From NCBI RefSeq assembly GCF_000019605.1, contig NC_010482.1, positions 180,001-212,000 of the forward strand: 32,000 nt of DNA, in the 5' to 3' direction. Origin of the DNA: Candidatus Korarchaeum cryptofilum OPF8. GTDB taxonomy: Archaea; Korarchaeota; Korarchaeia; Korarchaeales; Korarchaeaceae. The notes below the pieces were generated by a model. The model had not been told where the DNA came from. It worked only from the letters and a program-made list of their open reading frames with translations, and did not search any database. Below, piece after piece: positions 1 through 7,523 of the stretch (position 1 is its first letter; the number at the start of each line of letters is the position of its first letter). Made by a program: the position numbers and the translations under genes.

Positions 1-47
1 TCATCACAGCGAATACTATCGATGAGAGGGAGATTACTATAAACCAT
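1..47 (-). CDS. Possible 5' end of an ORF downstream of the ABC ATPase, truncated by the window edge. A metal ABC permease would be expected here by operon logic.
   Basis: ATG at 47-45 lies 6 nt after the ATPase stop (54-56) and reads MVYSNLPLIDSIRCD.. open to the window edge. Only about 15 codons are visible, so the function is pure context inference. Confidence 0.25.
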   Translation of the reverse strand, partial: MVYSNLPLIDSIRCD

Positions 48-53
48 CTAGGA

Positions 54-803
54 TCAATAAGCTCCATGGTAGTCCACAACATGAAGACACCTCTCTACTA
101 GGATCAAGCTCCTCCCATAAACTTCCCTCATTACTTTCTCATTGAGGACATCCCCGGGAGGGCCTATCGATACTATCCTCTTATTCAGGGCTATCACCTC
201 CTTCGAGTGATTCGCGAAAAGAGCTGGATCATGGCTGCTCAAGATCAGTAACTTCCCTTTAGATAGATCCAGTATGAGATCTATTATCGTCTCCCTGCCG
301 GCGGGATCTATGGATGAGATGGGCTCATCCATCATCAGTATCGGTGGATCCGGTGCTAGAGCCCTGGCCAGAAGGACTCGTTGCCTCTGCCCACCGCTGA
401 GGCTCGAGAATGGGAGATTCAATACTTCCCTCAGCCCTAAGAGATCTATAATCTCCCTGAGACGCTCATATCCTCTAGGGAGCTTTGACCTCAGAGATGA
501 GGATAGTAGCTCTATGACGCTGATGGGTACGGCCAGATCCTGAGGTCCTATCTGCGGGACATATCCCACGAACTTACCAGCTCTCTCAGGCCTCCCCGTG
601 ACATCTACTCCGTTTATGAAAACCTTACCATCGATCCTCACGAGCCCCAGCAATGATCTCATGAGGGTGGTCTTTCCAGCTCCATTGGGCCCTATCACTA
701 ATATCAATCCGGGTCCGCTCAGCTCGAATGACTCCCCATCGAATAGCACTTCATTACCGTAGTGAGCCCTCAGCCCCTCAACCTCTACGCGCATCGTGCA
801 CAT
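54..803 (-). CDS. ABC transporter ATP-binding protein, metal (Zn/Mn/Fe, ZnuC/TroB-like) type
   Basis: Walker A GPNGAGKTT, ABC signature LSGGQRQR, Walker B LLMMDEP and H-loop SSHD. It is divergent from a TroA/ZnuA-like binding protein. The real start may be the second ATG at 794 (MRVEVEGL...), which lies 26.5 nt from the centre of the TATA box at 817-824. Confidence 0.9.
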   Translation of the reverse strand: MCTMRVEVEGLRAHYGNEVLFDGESFELSGPGLILVIGPNGAGKTTLMRSLLGLVRIDGKVFINGVDVTGRPERAGKFVGYVPQIGPQDLAVPISVIELLSSSLRSKLPRGYERLREIIDLLGLREVLNLPFSSLSGGQRQRVLLARALAPDPPILMMDEPISSIDPAGRETIIDLILDLSKGKLLILSSHDPALFANHSKEVIALNKRIVSIGPPGDVLNEKVMREVYGRSLILVERCLHVVDYHGAY

Positions 804-833
804 ATATCAGGAAATATTTATAAAGATGTGCAC
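796..833. promoter_or_regulatory. Perfect 8-bp inverted repeat GTGCACAT...ATGTGCAC bracketing the TATA box, a candidate metalloregulator operator
   Basis: GTGCACAT at 796-803 and ATGTGCAC at 826-833. Each arm contains the self-palindrome GTGCAC. Confidence 0.4.
817..824. promoter_or_regulatory. Palindromic TATA box (TTTATAAA) apparently serving both divergent metal-ABC genes as leaderless transcripts
   Basis: The centre at 820.5 is exactly equidistant (26.5 nt) from ATG 794 (minus strand, MRVEVEG...) and ATG 847 (plus strand, MRKLAA...). Confidence 0.55.
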
Positions 834-846
834 AAGGTTATGGGCG

Positions 847-1803
847 ATGAGGAAGCTAGCGGCTGCATTACTCATCTTGCTCCTACCGGCGCTCCCGCTC
901 AACTCGGGAAGCGGGGTAAAAATATTAGTCACTTTCAGTAATTTGGCTTACGATGTGAAATTGATATCCTGCCCTACCGATGAAGTCGATTACTTAGTGC
1001 CGCCTGGCTTGGATCCTCATGAATACGAGCTGAGGCCGGGCGATATGGAGAAGCTCAGGGAGGCCGATCTGATAGTATCTACAGCCCATGCACCTTTCGA
1101 GGCCTCAATAAAGGGGATGATATCGAAAGGGGAGCTTAAGGCGAGGCTCCTGGAGATCCCGTGGATAGAGGGGATGAACATACTGAGGAACCCGATGACA
1201 GGTGGCCCGAATTATCATATGCCGATCCTCGATCCTTCGAACTACATCAAGTTCATGAGAGCATTGAGGGATTCTCTGAAGGAGATGAACCCAAGCTGCG
1301 GAGATCAGTACGATGAGAAGTTTGAGGAAATCAGGAGGAAGGTGGATGAGCTCTTGAAGACCCCGAAGCTCAACCTCACTGCGCTGGCATCTGATCCTAG
1401 GGCGCAGTACTATGTAGAATGGCTAGGGATCGAGGTCAAATACCTGCTAGTGAAGGAGGAAGAGACACCGATAACTCCATCAGAGCTAGCGGAGATTTAT
1501 AATAAAGCGAGGAATAAGGAGATAGATCTAATAATAGTAGTGGGGGATGAGAATACTGCTAGCAACAGGAAGGCCATGGAGATCTCGGAGGAATTCGGGA
1601 TAAGGGTCCTGAAGGTGCCCTCACCGACGGAGCAGGGCAGCGTCTTGGATAAGCTGAACGCAATGATCTCATCGCTCGGGGAAGTCGAGGTAGCTCGAGA
1701 GGGAGCTCATGAGACTTACGTATATAATACTTACATTATAGCCGCTTCACTCGTAGCTCTAGCGATACTTGTACTCGCTTACTTGAGGAAAGTTAGGCAA
1801 TGA
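847..1803 (+). CDS. Metal ABC transporter substrate-binding protein (TroA/ZnuA-like) with an N-terminal signal/TM segment and a C-terminal TM anchor
   Basis: The ORF is open from 796. The preferred start is ATG 847 (MRKLAAALLILLLPALP, signal-like), 26.5 nt from the TATA centre. A DPHEYE motif and overall cluster-9 SBP-like layout are present. The C-terminal hydrophobic stretch YIIAASLVALAILVLAYL is followed by RKVRQ. Confidence 0.75.
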   Translation: MRKLAAALLILLLPALPLNSGSGVKILVTFSNLAYDVKLISCPTDEVDYLVPPGLDPHEYELRPGDMEKLREADLIVSTAHAPFEASIKGMISKGELKARLLEIPWIEGMNILRNPMTGGPNYHMPILDPSNYIKFMRALRDSLKEMNPSCGDQYDEKFEEIRRKVDELLKTPKLNLTALASDPRAQYYVEWLGIEVKYLLVKEEETPITPSELAEIYNKARNKEIDLIIVVGDENTASNRKAMEISEEFGIRVLKVPSPTEQGSVLDKLNAMISSLGEVEVAREGAHETYVYNTYIIAASLVALAILVLAYLRKVRQ

Positions 1804-1831
1804 TTTTATTGGTCGATCGTTGGGTCAATCG

Positions 1832-2080
1832 ATGAGTGAATGGGCGAGGAGGGCTCATCACTACCTCAACTCGACCGGTAGGTTCAAGAACTTCAAGAAG
1901 ATGAGCGAGGGGCAGAGGTATGAAGTCATCAAGGAGGGCCTCCTCGAGTTCATCCGGGGAAACCCGATAGGTGAGGGTGAAGTTGAGGAAGCGCTCGAGT
2001 GGTTCATAGCTAATAGGAAGGTGCATGAAGCCAGGGCTTTCGCGAAGATAATGGGGCTGAAGGTAGGGAGGAAGAGATGA
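1832..2080 (+). CDS. Small hypothetical protein (about 82 aa, charged and helical by composition)
   Basis: ATG at 1832 (the ORF is open from TTG 1820). Codon usage is coding-like. The stop overlaps the next start as ATGA (2077-2080). I recognise no family. Confidence 0.55.
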   Translation: MSEWARRAHHYLNSTGRFKNFKKMSEGQRYEVIKEGLLEFIRGNPIGEGEVEEALEWFIANRKVHEARAFAKIMGLKVGRKR

Positions 2081-2793
2081 GAAAGAGGCTTTCAGAGATA
2101 CTGGGGAACTACATCAGGATAGAGAGAGTCATTTTGGATACGGGCATGGGATTGGATGCCATGATCCTCGCTGATATGCACGTCCACGGATTCGGGAGGA
2201 GGGAGGAGGAGCTAGAGGAGGTCCTCAAGAGCGCATCGGAGGAAGTGGATGTCATCTTCGTACTCGGAGATACTTACGATGAGAGGACGAAGAGCTTAGA
2301 GCCCATCTACAGGATCCTGGGGCGAGTGAATAAGCCCAAGTTCGGGGTTCTGGGGAACCATGAGCATTGGGCGGATCCGAAGATACCAATCCCGGATGGG
2401 ATTAGGGTTTTAGAGCGAGCTGGCGTCACTCTATTATTGGATAGAGCTGTGGAGTACAGGGGGATCAGGATAGGCGGAGTGGATTGGTACGAGGACGATA
2501 CCATCGGGAGGAAGTTGCGTGAGCTGGGTAAAGTAGATCTTCTTCTATCTCATACTCCAGATATAATTGAGCTGAACCCCGATGCTAGAGTCGTCCTGGC
2601 CGGGCACACTCACGGGGGTCAGGTCTGCTTCCCCGTAATAGGCCCTATATGGACTCCCAGTAAGTACGGCAGGAGGTACGCGAGCGGTCTGTTCTCCAAG
2701 GGTGGAAGCTACTTATACGTCAGCAGGGGACTCGGGGAGATGAATCCGATAAGGATCAACTGCCCCAGGGAGCTCACTCTGATGAGAATCTGA
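2077..2793 (+). CDS. Calcineurin-like metallophosphoesterase (YkuE/MPP-like)
   Basis: Ordered MPP motifs are present: DMHVHG, GDTYD, GNHE and GHTHGG. A GGGAGGAAGAG Shine-Dalgarno-like stretch precedes the ATG. Confidence 0.85.
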   Translation: MRKRLSEILGNYIRIERVILDTGMGLDAMILADMHVHGFGRREEELEEVLKSASEEVDVIFVLGDTYDERTKSLEPIYRILGRVNKPKFGVLGNHEHWADPKIPIPDGIRVLERAGVTLLLDRAVEYRGIRIGGVDWYEDDTIGRKLRELGKVDLLLSHTPDIIELNPDARVVLAGHTHGGQVCFPVIGPIWTPSKYGRRYASGLFSKGGSYLYVSRGLGEMNPIRINCPRELTLMRI

Positions 2794-2813
2794 TCTCGGG
2801 AGCTGATTAATCC

Positions 2814-2826
2814 TTTATTTTTATTT
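2814..2826 (+). promoter_or_regulatory. TATA-like box / T-rich terminator between the metallophosphoesterase and IPCT/DIPPS genes
   Basis: TTTATTTTTATTT lies about 20-25 nt upstream of the ATG pair at 2839/2842 and 21 nt after the upstream stop. Confidence 0.4.
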
Positions 2827-2838
2827 CCACCTCTATTG

Positions 2839-4707
2839 ATGATGTTCGCAATAATATGCGCTGGTGGATTGGCCTCTAGGATGGGGAAGTACTCCTCTAA
2901 CTCACCTAAATCCCTCTTCGAACTAGAACCAGGGATCACGATCTTAGATCATGTCTTGGAGAGGATAGAGAGTGCCAAACCGCAGAAGATAGTCTTGGTC
3001 ACGAGGCCCGAGTTCAGGGATTCCTTCGAGAGGAGAGTGGGGGGCAGAGTGGAGATAATAGAAGCCGATTTAGATGAATTTGAGAACTTATATAGCGTCT
3101 ATTTGGCCTTAAATAGAGTTGGAAACCCTTTCCTCATTGCGATGTCCGATCATATATTTGAGAGCTCGATGCTAATGGATTTGATATCGCATAAAAGTGA
3201 TAGAGCATTCACTGTTTGTTTGGACAGGAATCCCAGTAGATCAGAAGCTATGGAAGGCTTGAAGCTCCATCTTATCGATGAAAAAGTGATCAAAGCTGGT
3301 AAAGATATCACTCCCCGCTACGGGATAGATACGGGCCTGATATTGTGTAGGGAGAAAGCCAGGGGTTACATAGAGGAAGCGATAAGGGCTAAAGGCCCTG
3401 AAGCTAGGATATCCGATGCCCTAAACTTAGCGGCTTCCGATGGGGAAGTGGACTGCGTAGACGTCACTGGGAGGCTCTGGAAGGATATAGATACACCCGA
3501 AGACTTAGTTAAGGCTAGGAGAATATACTGGGAGATCTTGAGGAGGGAGCTAATAAAGAAGGATGATGGGATAATCTCAAGATATTTGAACAGACCTATA
3601 TCGACCAGGATATCACTAGCGATTTATAAGAGGAGGATGAGGGTCAATCCTATGCTTATTTCAGCAATATCTTTTATCCTCTGCCTTATCTCCGCGATCT
3701 CACTCTCTAACGGTATGCTGATCTTAGGAGGCCTTCTCGCTCAATTAGCATCGATACTGGACGGTGTAGATGGTGAAGTAGCCAGGTTGTTCAGAAGGGC
3801 ATCCGGTTGGGGAGGTTTCATAGACGCGATCTTAGATAGGATTGCTGATGTGGCCCTTATCTCAGGCTTAACCCTCTCCCTAGGGATTCTGGATCGCTCT
3901 ATCCTCATATTAGCTATAATGGCTTCCGCTAATAGCATCCTAGTGAGTTACGTAGCTCACGGTCTTAAATCGCTTAATGTGAATTTGGGGAAGCTCAGGA
4001 TGATGCCCGTGACTAGGGATGCGAGGATCTTCGTGATATTCCTGTCATGTATATTCTCAGTTCCTATAGCAGCGCTCTTATACATCTCGACGCTCCCCAT
4101 ACCCTACTCACTCGCATCAATCTACATCGCATATAAGTCAGGTAGTGGGGCAGAGGGGAAGATCTTGGAGAAGAGGAAGCCCTTCCCAGAGGTATCGGAA
4201 GAGCAATCTGAAGTTGTAAAACTCATCAGGGAGTTCTTACTCAATAGCTTCAAGATGGGTTTCGCTCTCCTATTAGTCAGACTGATCTCACCATCTGTCT
4301 CGGATCTAACTATATCTATGCAGGACCTCTCAATAGAGGGCGGATTCCTGTTGACTCTCCTCGACTTCCTCATAATAATATACTTCGGTCACAAGATGCT
4401 GAATCCCCTCAAGGGGATAATGGACCTGATATCAGAGCTCATAGTCGAGAGAGCTGGGATAACCAAGACAGTGTTCTGGAGGATGATCACAGATCTATTC
4501 TACACGATACTTTTAGCGGTACTCTGGACGTACTTACCGAGTCTCTCTAGACCTTTCCTCGGGGACTGGGCCTACAGAATCCTCTCAATAGCGATAATTA
4601 TCTTTCTAATAATTTTCATCTACGATTTAATTAATCTTATTTATATGACATTTGAAGATGTTTATGTTAAGATAATTGATAAGATAGCGGGAAGGCTGAG
4701 CGGATGA
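2839..4707 (+). CDS. Fusion of an N-terminal sugar/inositol-phosphate cytidylyltransferase, a CDP-alcohol phosphatidyltransferase (IPCT/DIPPS-like, candidate di-myo-inositol phosphate phosphate synthase) and an extra C-terminal membrane extension of about 190 aa
   Basis: The N-terminus AIICAGGLASRMG is a nucleotidyltransferase G-loop. A complete CDP-OH_P_transf motif D-x2-DG-x2-AR-x8-G-x3-D-x3-D (DGVDGEVARLFRRASGWGGFIDAILDRIAD) lies at 3760-3849, flanked by TM helices. The architecture matches archaeal IPCT/DIPPS fusions except for the extra tail at about 4132-4704. Confidence 0.75.
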   Translation: MMFAIICAGGLASRMGKYSSNSPKSLFELEPGITILDHVLERIESAKPQKIVLVTRPEFRDSFERRVGGRVEIIEADLDEFENLYSVYLALNRVGNPFLIAMSDHIFESSMLMDLISHKSDRAFTVCLDRNPSRSEAMEGLKLHLIDEKVIKAGKDITPRYGIDTGLILCREKARGYIEEAIRAKGPEARISDALNLAASDGEVDCVDVTGRLWKDIDTPEDLVKARRIYWEILRRELIKKDDGIISRYLNRPISTRISLAIYKRRMRVNPMLISAISFILCLISAISLSNGMLILGGLLAQLASILDGVDGEVARLFRRASGWGGFIDAILDRIADVALISGLTLSLGILDRSILILAIMASANSILVSYVAHGLKSLNVNLGKLRMMPVTRDARIFVIFLSCIFSVPIAALLYISTLPIPYSLASIYIAYKSGSGAEGKILEKRKPFPEVSEEQSEVVKLIREFLLNSFKMGFALLLVRLISPSVSDLTISMQDLSIEGGFLLTLLDFLIIIYFGHKMLNPLKGIMDLISELIVERAGITKTVFWRMITDLFYTILLAVLWTYLPSLSRPFLGDWAYRILSIAIIIFLIIFIYDLINLIYMTFEDVYVKIIDKIAGRLSG

Positions 4708-4898
4708 TCTCACTTCACTGCGATCTTGGAAGTCAATTAATATTTCAGGGAATTCTCTCTCAACTCCGTCAGCTAGCTTGAAAGAAGGAATAATAGCTGT
4801 CGAGCGATCTTCTAAGCTCTCTTGAAATGTTTCAATTCCCCAGAGGAATTGGACCAAAAAACTTATTACCTAGTACAGAGAGGGGCGAGCGAGCGGAA

Positions 4899-5324
4899 AT
4901 GGATAAGGTAGAGCAGATAGGATTGAACTGGGATAAGTTCGTTCAGAGCGTTGAGGAGGAACCTCATGAGTTGATAGCCCTCGGGATTGAGGGGATGAAG
5001 AGAGTGATCTTGAAGAACCTCGAGCCCCTCGCTAGGTTCTTGGGGATGAAAGCGATATCTTTCGAGTGGGGGAAGTGGTACGCTAGGATGGAGAGGATCG
5101 ATTTGGATGAGGATGAATCGGAGCTGAGTATCATAAAGGATAAGGAGCTCTATGTCTCGCTCGAGGATGAGAACGGCTGCAGCGTGGTGGTCCTCGCTAT
5201 AAGGGAGGATGACTCAGGGGAGGTTGATGTATTCACGAGGTCCTCTGGTGAAGTCTTGGAGATAGTTTTCAGCGGTCGCATATGCGAGAGCCAGGATGTG
5301 CCATGGGATGATGATCTTTGGTGA
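4899..5324 (+). CDS. Hypothetical acidic protein (about 141 aa) ending in DDDLW
   Basis: ATG at 4899 (the ORF is open from 4827). Composition is coding-like. No family recognised. Confidence 0.5.
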   Translation: MDKVEQIGLNWDKFVQSVEEEPHELIALGIEGMKRVILKNLEPLARFLGMKAISFEWGKWYARMERIDLDEDESELSIIKDKELYVSLEDENGCSVVVLAIREDDSGEVDVFTRSSGEVLEIVFSGRICESQDVPWDDDLW

Positions 5325-5993
5325 TCATATATCGGAGAGGTAGAACTCCGTCATATTCCCCTTCCTCTTCTCCCTCACGATACCCTTCCTCTCTAGCACA
5401 TCCAGATGCCATCTGAGGGATCCCAAGCTTATACCTAGGTCCCTCGAGATCTGCCTCATATGGGCCCCTTGATTGACCCTCAGGTACTCCACTATGGCCC
5501 TCCTGATCGGGTTCATGAGGACATCCTCCGAAGTCCTGGTCAACTCCAGGAGGCATCCTCTCTCACCCGGACAGGGGCCCCGCTCCTTGACATAGAGCTG
5601 ATCACCGGAGATCATGGAGGTGAAGCCCAGTACTATTCCCCTAGCCAAGCTGCAGCTGACCCTCTTCTCTGGATCCCCGGGGGGGTTTACGCATATTAGC
5701 ACGCTTCTGGGCCTCTCAGTGAGGATCTCAATGCCTCCAGCCAATCCCAGAAAGGTGAAGATCTCTGATAGCGTGCTCCATGAATCTTCCTGAGCTACTT
5801 CCCCTAACTCCTTCCCCAGCTTCTCTCCCAGCCTCAATCCGAAGAGGTAGAGCATGATGTCCCCTTCCTGAGAGGACTCAACTACCCTCATGAAGATGGA
5901 GCAGGTCTTCCCCAACACCTCCGCTGGAGTAGCTCCCAATATATCGGTGAGCGCGTTCCTGACCAACTGAGCTCTAGGCATCACGGTGCTCAT
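5325..5993 (-). CDS. Transcriptional regulator with an N-terminal V4R-like (4-vinyl reductase, small-molecule binding) domain and a C-terminal ArsR/winged-helix HTH
   Basis: The C-terminus NPIRRAIVEYLRVNQGAHMRQISRDLGISLGSLRWHLDVLERKGIV is a typical ArsR-type wHTH. The upstream part carries the V4R-like Cys pattern SCSLARGIVLGF...ERGPCPGERGCLLEL. Alternative starts are GTG 5999, ATG 5993 and ATG 5981. Confidence 0.7.
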   Translation of the reverse strand: MSTVMPRAQLVRNALTDILGATPAEVLGKTCSIFMRVVESSQEGDIMLYLFGLRLGEKLGKELGEVAQEDSWSTLSEIFTFLGLAGGIEILTERPRSVLICVNPPGDPEKRVSCSLARGIVLGFTSMISGDQLYVKERGPCPGERGCLLELTRTSEDVLMNPIRRAIVEYLRVNQGAHMRQISRDLGISLGSLRWHLDVLERKGIVREKRKGNMTEFYLSDI

Positions 5994-6091
5994 CCGCACC
6001 CCCTAATCCTCTCAACGCGGCTTTGTGAATATTATCCTGTTGATGAGAGAAGGACTCATTTAAGCTTTTCCATGGCATCTCCCGAACCTAC

Positions 6092-6628
6092 ATGGAAAGA
6101 TCTGAACGATCGGTCATCATGCTTTATAACTATAGTTATGGAATGAGAATTGATGATCCTATGACCCCGGGAACGTTGTTCAGATATGCTTCGATAATTC
6201 ACGCAATTATAGCAGCCTTATTAACGCTCCTAATAGCATATGAGCCCCTCGAGATCCCCAGGATAATATCTGGGGGAAGCGCCGGTATGTGGTACACGAT
6301 GGGCTACCTCATGTACCTCATAGCAGGGCCATTGGGCAGTCTCTACTTCTCCTCCTTATACGGGGAGAGGAAGTCGATAGTGGGCACGATCTCATTCATT
6401 ATATACACTATAGGGGTATTCCTCGCGACTTTCTCCCTGATCTACGGTGGCTACTATGCTGGCTGGATGATGCACGTATATCCAGTCCATAACCCGGGCC
6501 AGCAGATACCGACTCAACAGATACACTTGTGGCTAGTTAATTTCGTGCTCCCTGCCGGTATAGGGACAGCTTTGGCGGGGCTCGGTGCCTTAATAGGTGC
6601 ATTAGGCGCGATCATATCGAGGAAGTGA
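6092..6628 (+). CDS. Hypothetical integral membrane protein (about 4 TM helices)
   Basis: Four long hydrophobic segments. A TATA-like CATTTAAGC lies about 30 nt upstream of ATG 6092. No family recognised. Confidence 0.6.
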   Translation: MERSERSVIMLYNYSYGMRIDDPMTPGTLFRYASIIHAIIAALLTLLIAYEPLEIPRIISGGSAGMWYTMGYLMYLIAGPLGSLYFSSLYGERKSIVGTISFIIYTIGVFLATFSLIYGGYYAGWMMHVYPVHNPGQQIPTQQIHLWLVNFVLPAGIGTALAGLGALIGALGAIISRK

Positions 6629-6647
6629 TCCGAAATTCAAATTCAAA

Positions 6648-6658
6648 TTTTTTATTTT
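6648..6658 (+). promoter_or_regulatory. T-run (TTTTTTATTTT) acting as a likely terminator for 6092-6628 and a TATA-like element for the leaderless GTG at 6678
   Basis: It is positioned 20 nt after the upstream stop and about 25 nt before GTG 6678. Confidence 0.4.
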
Positions 6659-6677
6659 CCCTGGGTTCAGCTAGCTT

Positions 6678-7523
6678 GTGAATCTGCTGGACTTCCAGAG
6701 GGATGAGATAAACTCTTACCACACTTATATGAAGATATCGGAGAGGCTGAGTGGGGAGAATCGGGAGTTAATCAGGAAGATAGCTGAAGATGAGCTGAGG
6801 CACTACGAGATCATAAGGAGATTCACTGGGAGGGATATAAAACCCGATAGAGCGAAGATCTTCCTCTATTACGCTTTATCGAGGATCTTTGGGCTCACCT
6901 TCGTAGTTAAGCTGATGGAGAGATCCGAGGAGAGGGCTCAGGAAGGGTATGAAGAACTCCTCGGGATATCTCAGGAGTTCAAGGGGATAATAGATGACGA
7001 GCTAGAGCACGAGGAGAAGTTAGCCAGTATGATAAAGGAGGAGAGGGTGGAATACATAGGATCGATGATACTGGGGCTAAGTGATGCTCTAGTTGAGCTT
7101 ACAGGCTCATTAGCAGGATTCTCCATCGCTCTTCAGAGCTCGAAGTACATAGCGGCTGCGGGCCTCATCACGGGGATAGCAGCTAGCCTCTCCATGTCTG
7201 CTTCGGAGTACCTATCGAGGAAGTCGGAGTTGAGGGGCAGTCCTTTGAGAGGGGCATTCTATACGGGGATAACTTACATCGCCGTCGTGATATTCTTGGT
7301 CCTACCGTTCCTCCTGATGGAAGATATATTCTCGGCCCTCCTATCGATGCTATCCTCCGCCTCATTAATGGTGATATTCTTCTCAGTATACTTAGCGGTC
7401 ATAAGGGAGAGGAGCATAGTGAGATCCGCCCTGGAGATGCTATCTATAAGCCTAGGCGTGGCAGCTCTCTCATATATCATAGGTATAGCAGCTAGAGGGA
7501 TCTTGGGGCTCAGCATAGATTAA
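6678..7523 (+). CDS. VIT1/CCC1-family iron/manganese transporter with an N-terminal ferritin-like (di-iron) domain
   Basis: GTG start. Two ExxH motifs (EDELRHYE, DDELEHEE) sit in the N-terminal four-helix region. These are followed by a VIT1-like membrane domain (GLSDALVELTGSLAG..., SMSASEYLS). Confidence 0.8.
   Translation: MNLLDFQRDEINSYHTYMKISERLSGENRELIRKIAEDELRHYEIIRRFTGRDIKPDRAKIFLYYALSRIFGLTFVVKLMERSEERAQEGYEELLGISQEFKGIIDDELEHEEKLASMIKEERVEYIGSMILGLSDALVELTGSLAGFSIALQSSKYIAAAGLITGIAASLSMSASEYLSRKSELRGSPLRGAFYTGITYIAVVIFLVLPFLLMEDIFSALLSMLSSASLMVIFFSVYLAVIRERSIVRSALEMLSISLGVAALSYIIGIAARGILGLSID

Noticed and set aside
4627-4857. 76-aa minus-strand ORF in the long spacer after the DIPPS-like gene.
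   Set aside because: It has a TTG start and no promoter or SD. About 80 nt overlap the 3' end of the DIPPS-like gene and the composition is unremarkable. It is probably non-coding, and the spacer itself is reported as a finding.
5269-5699. Overlapping ORFs of 95 aa (minus strand) and 79 aa (plus strand).
   Set aside because: Both lie inside the V4R-wHTH regulator gene, in the wrong frame or strand. Their Gly/Pro/Glu-rich translations have no motifs.
6633-6650. Tandem hexamers AAATTC AAATTC AAATTT.
   Set aside because: There are only about three short copies inside an A/T-rich terminator/promoter spacer. This fits low-complexity sequence better than a functional microsatellite.
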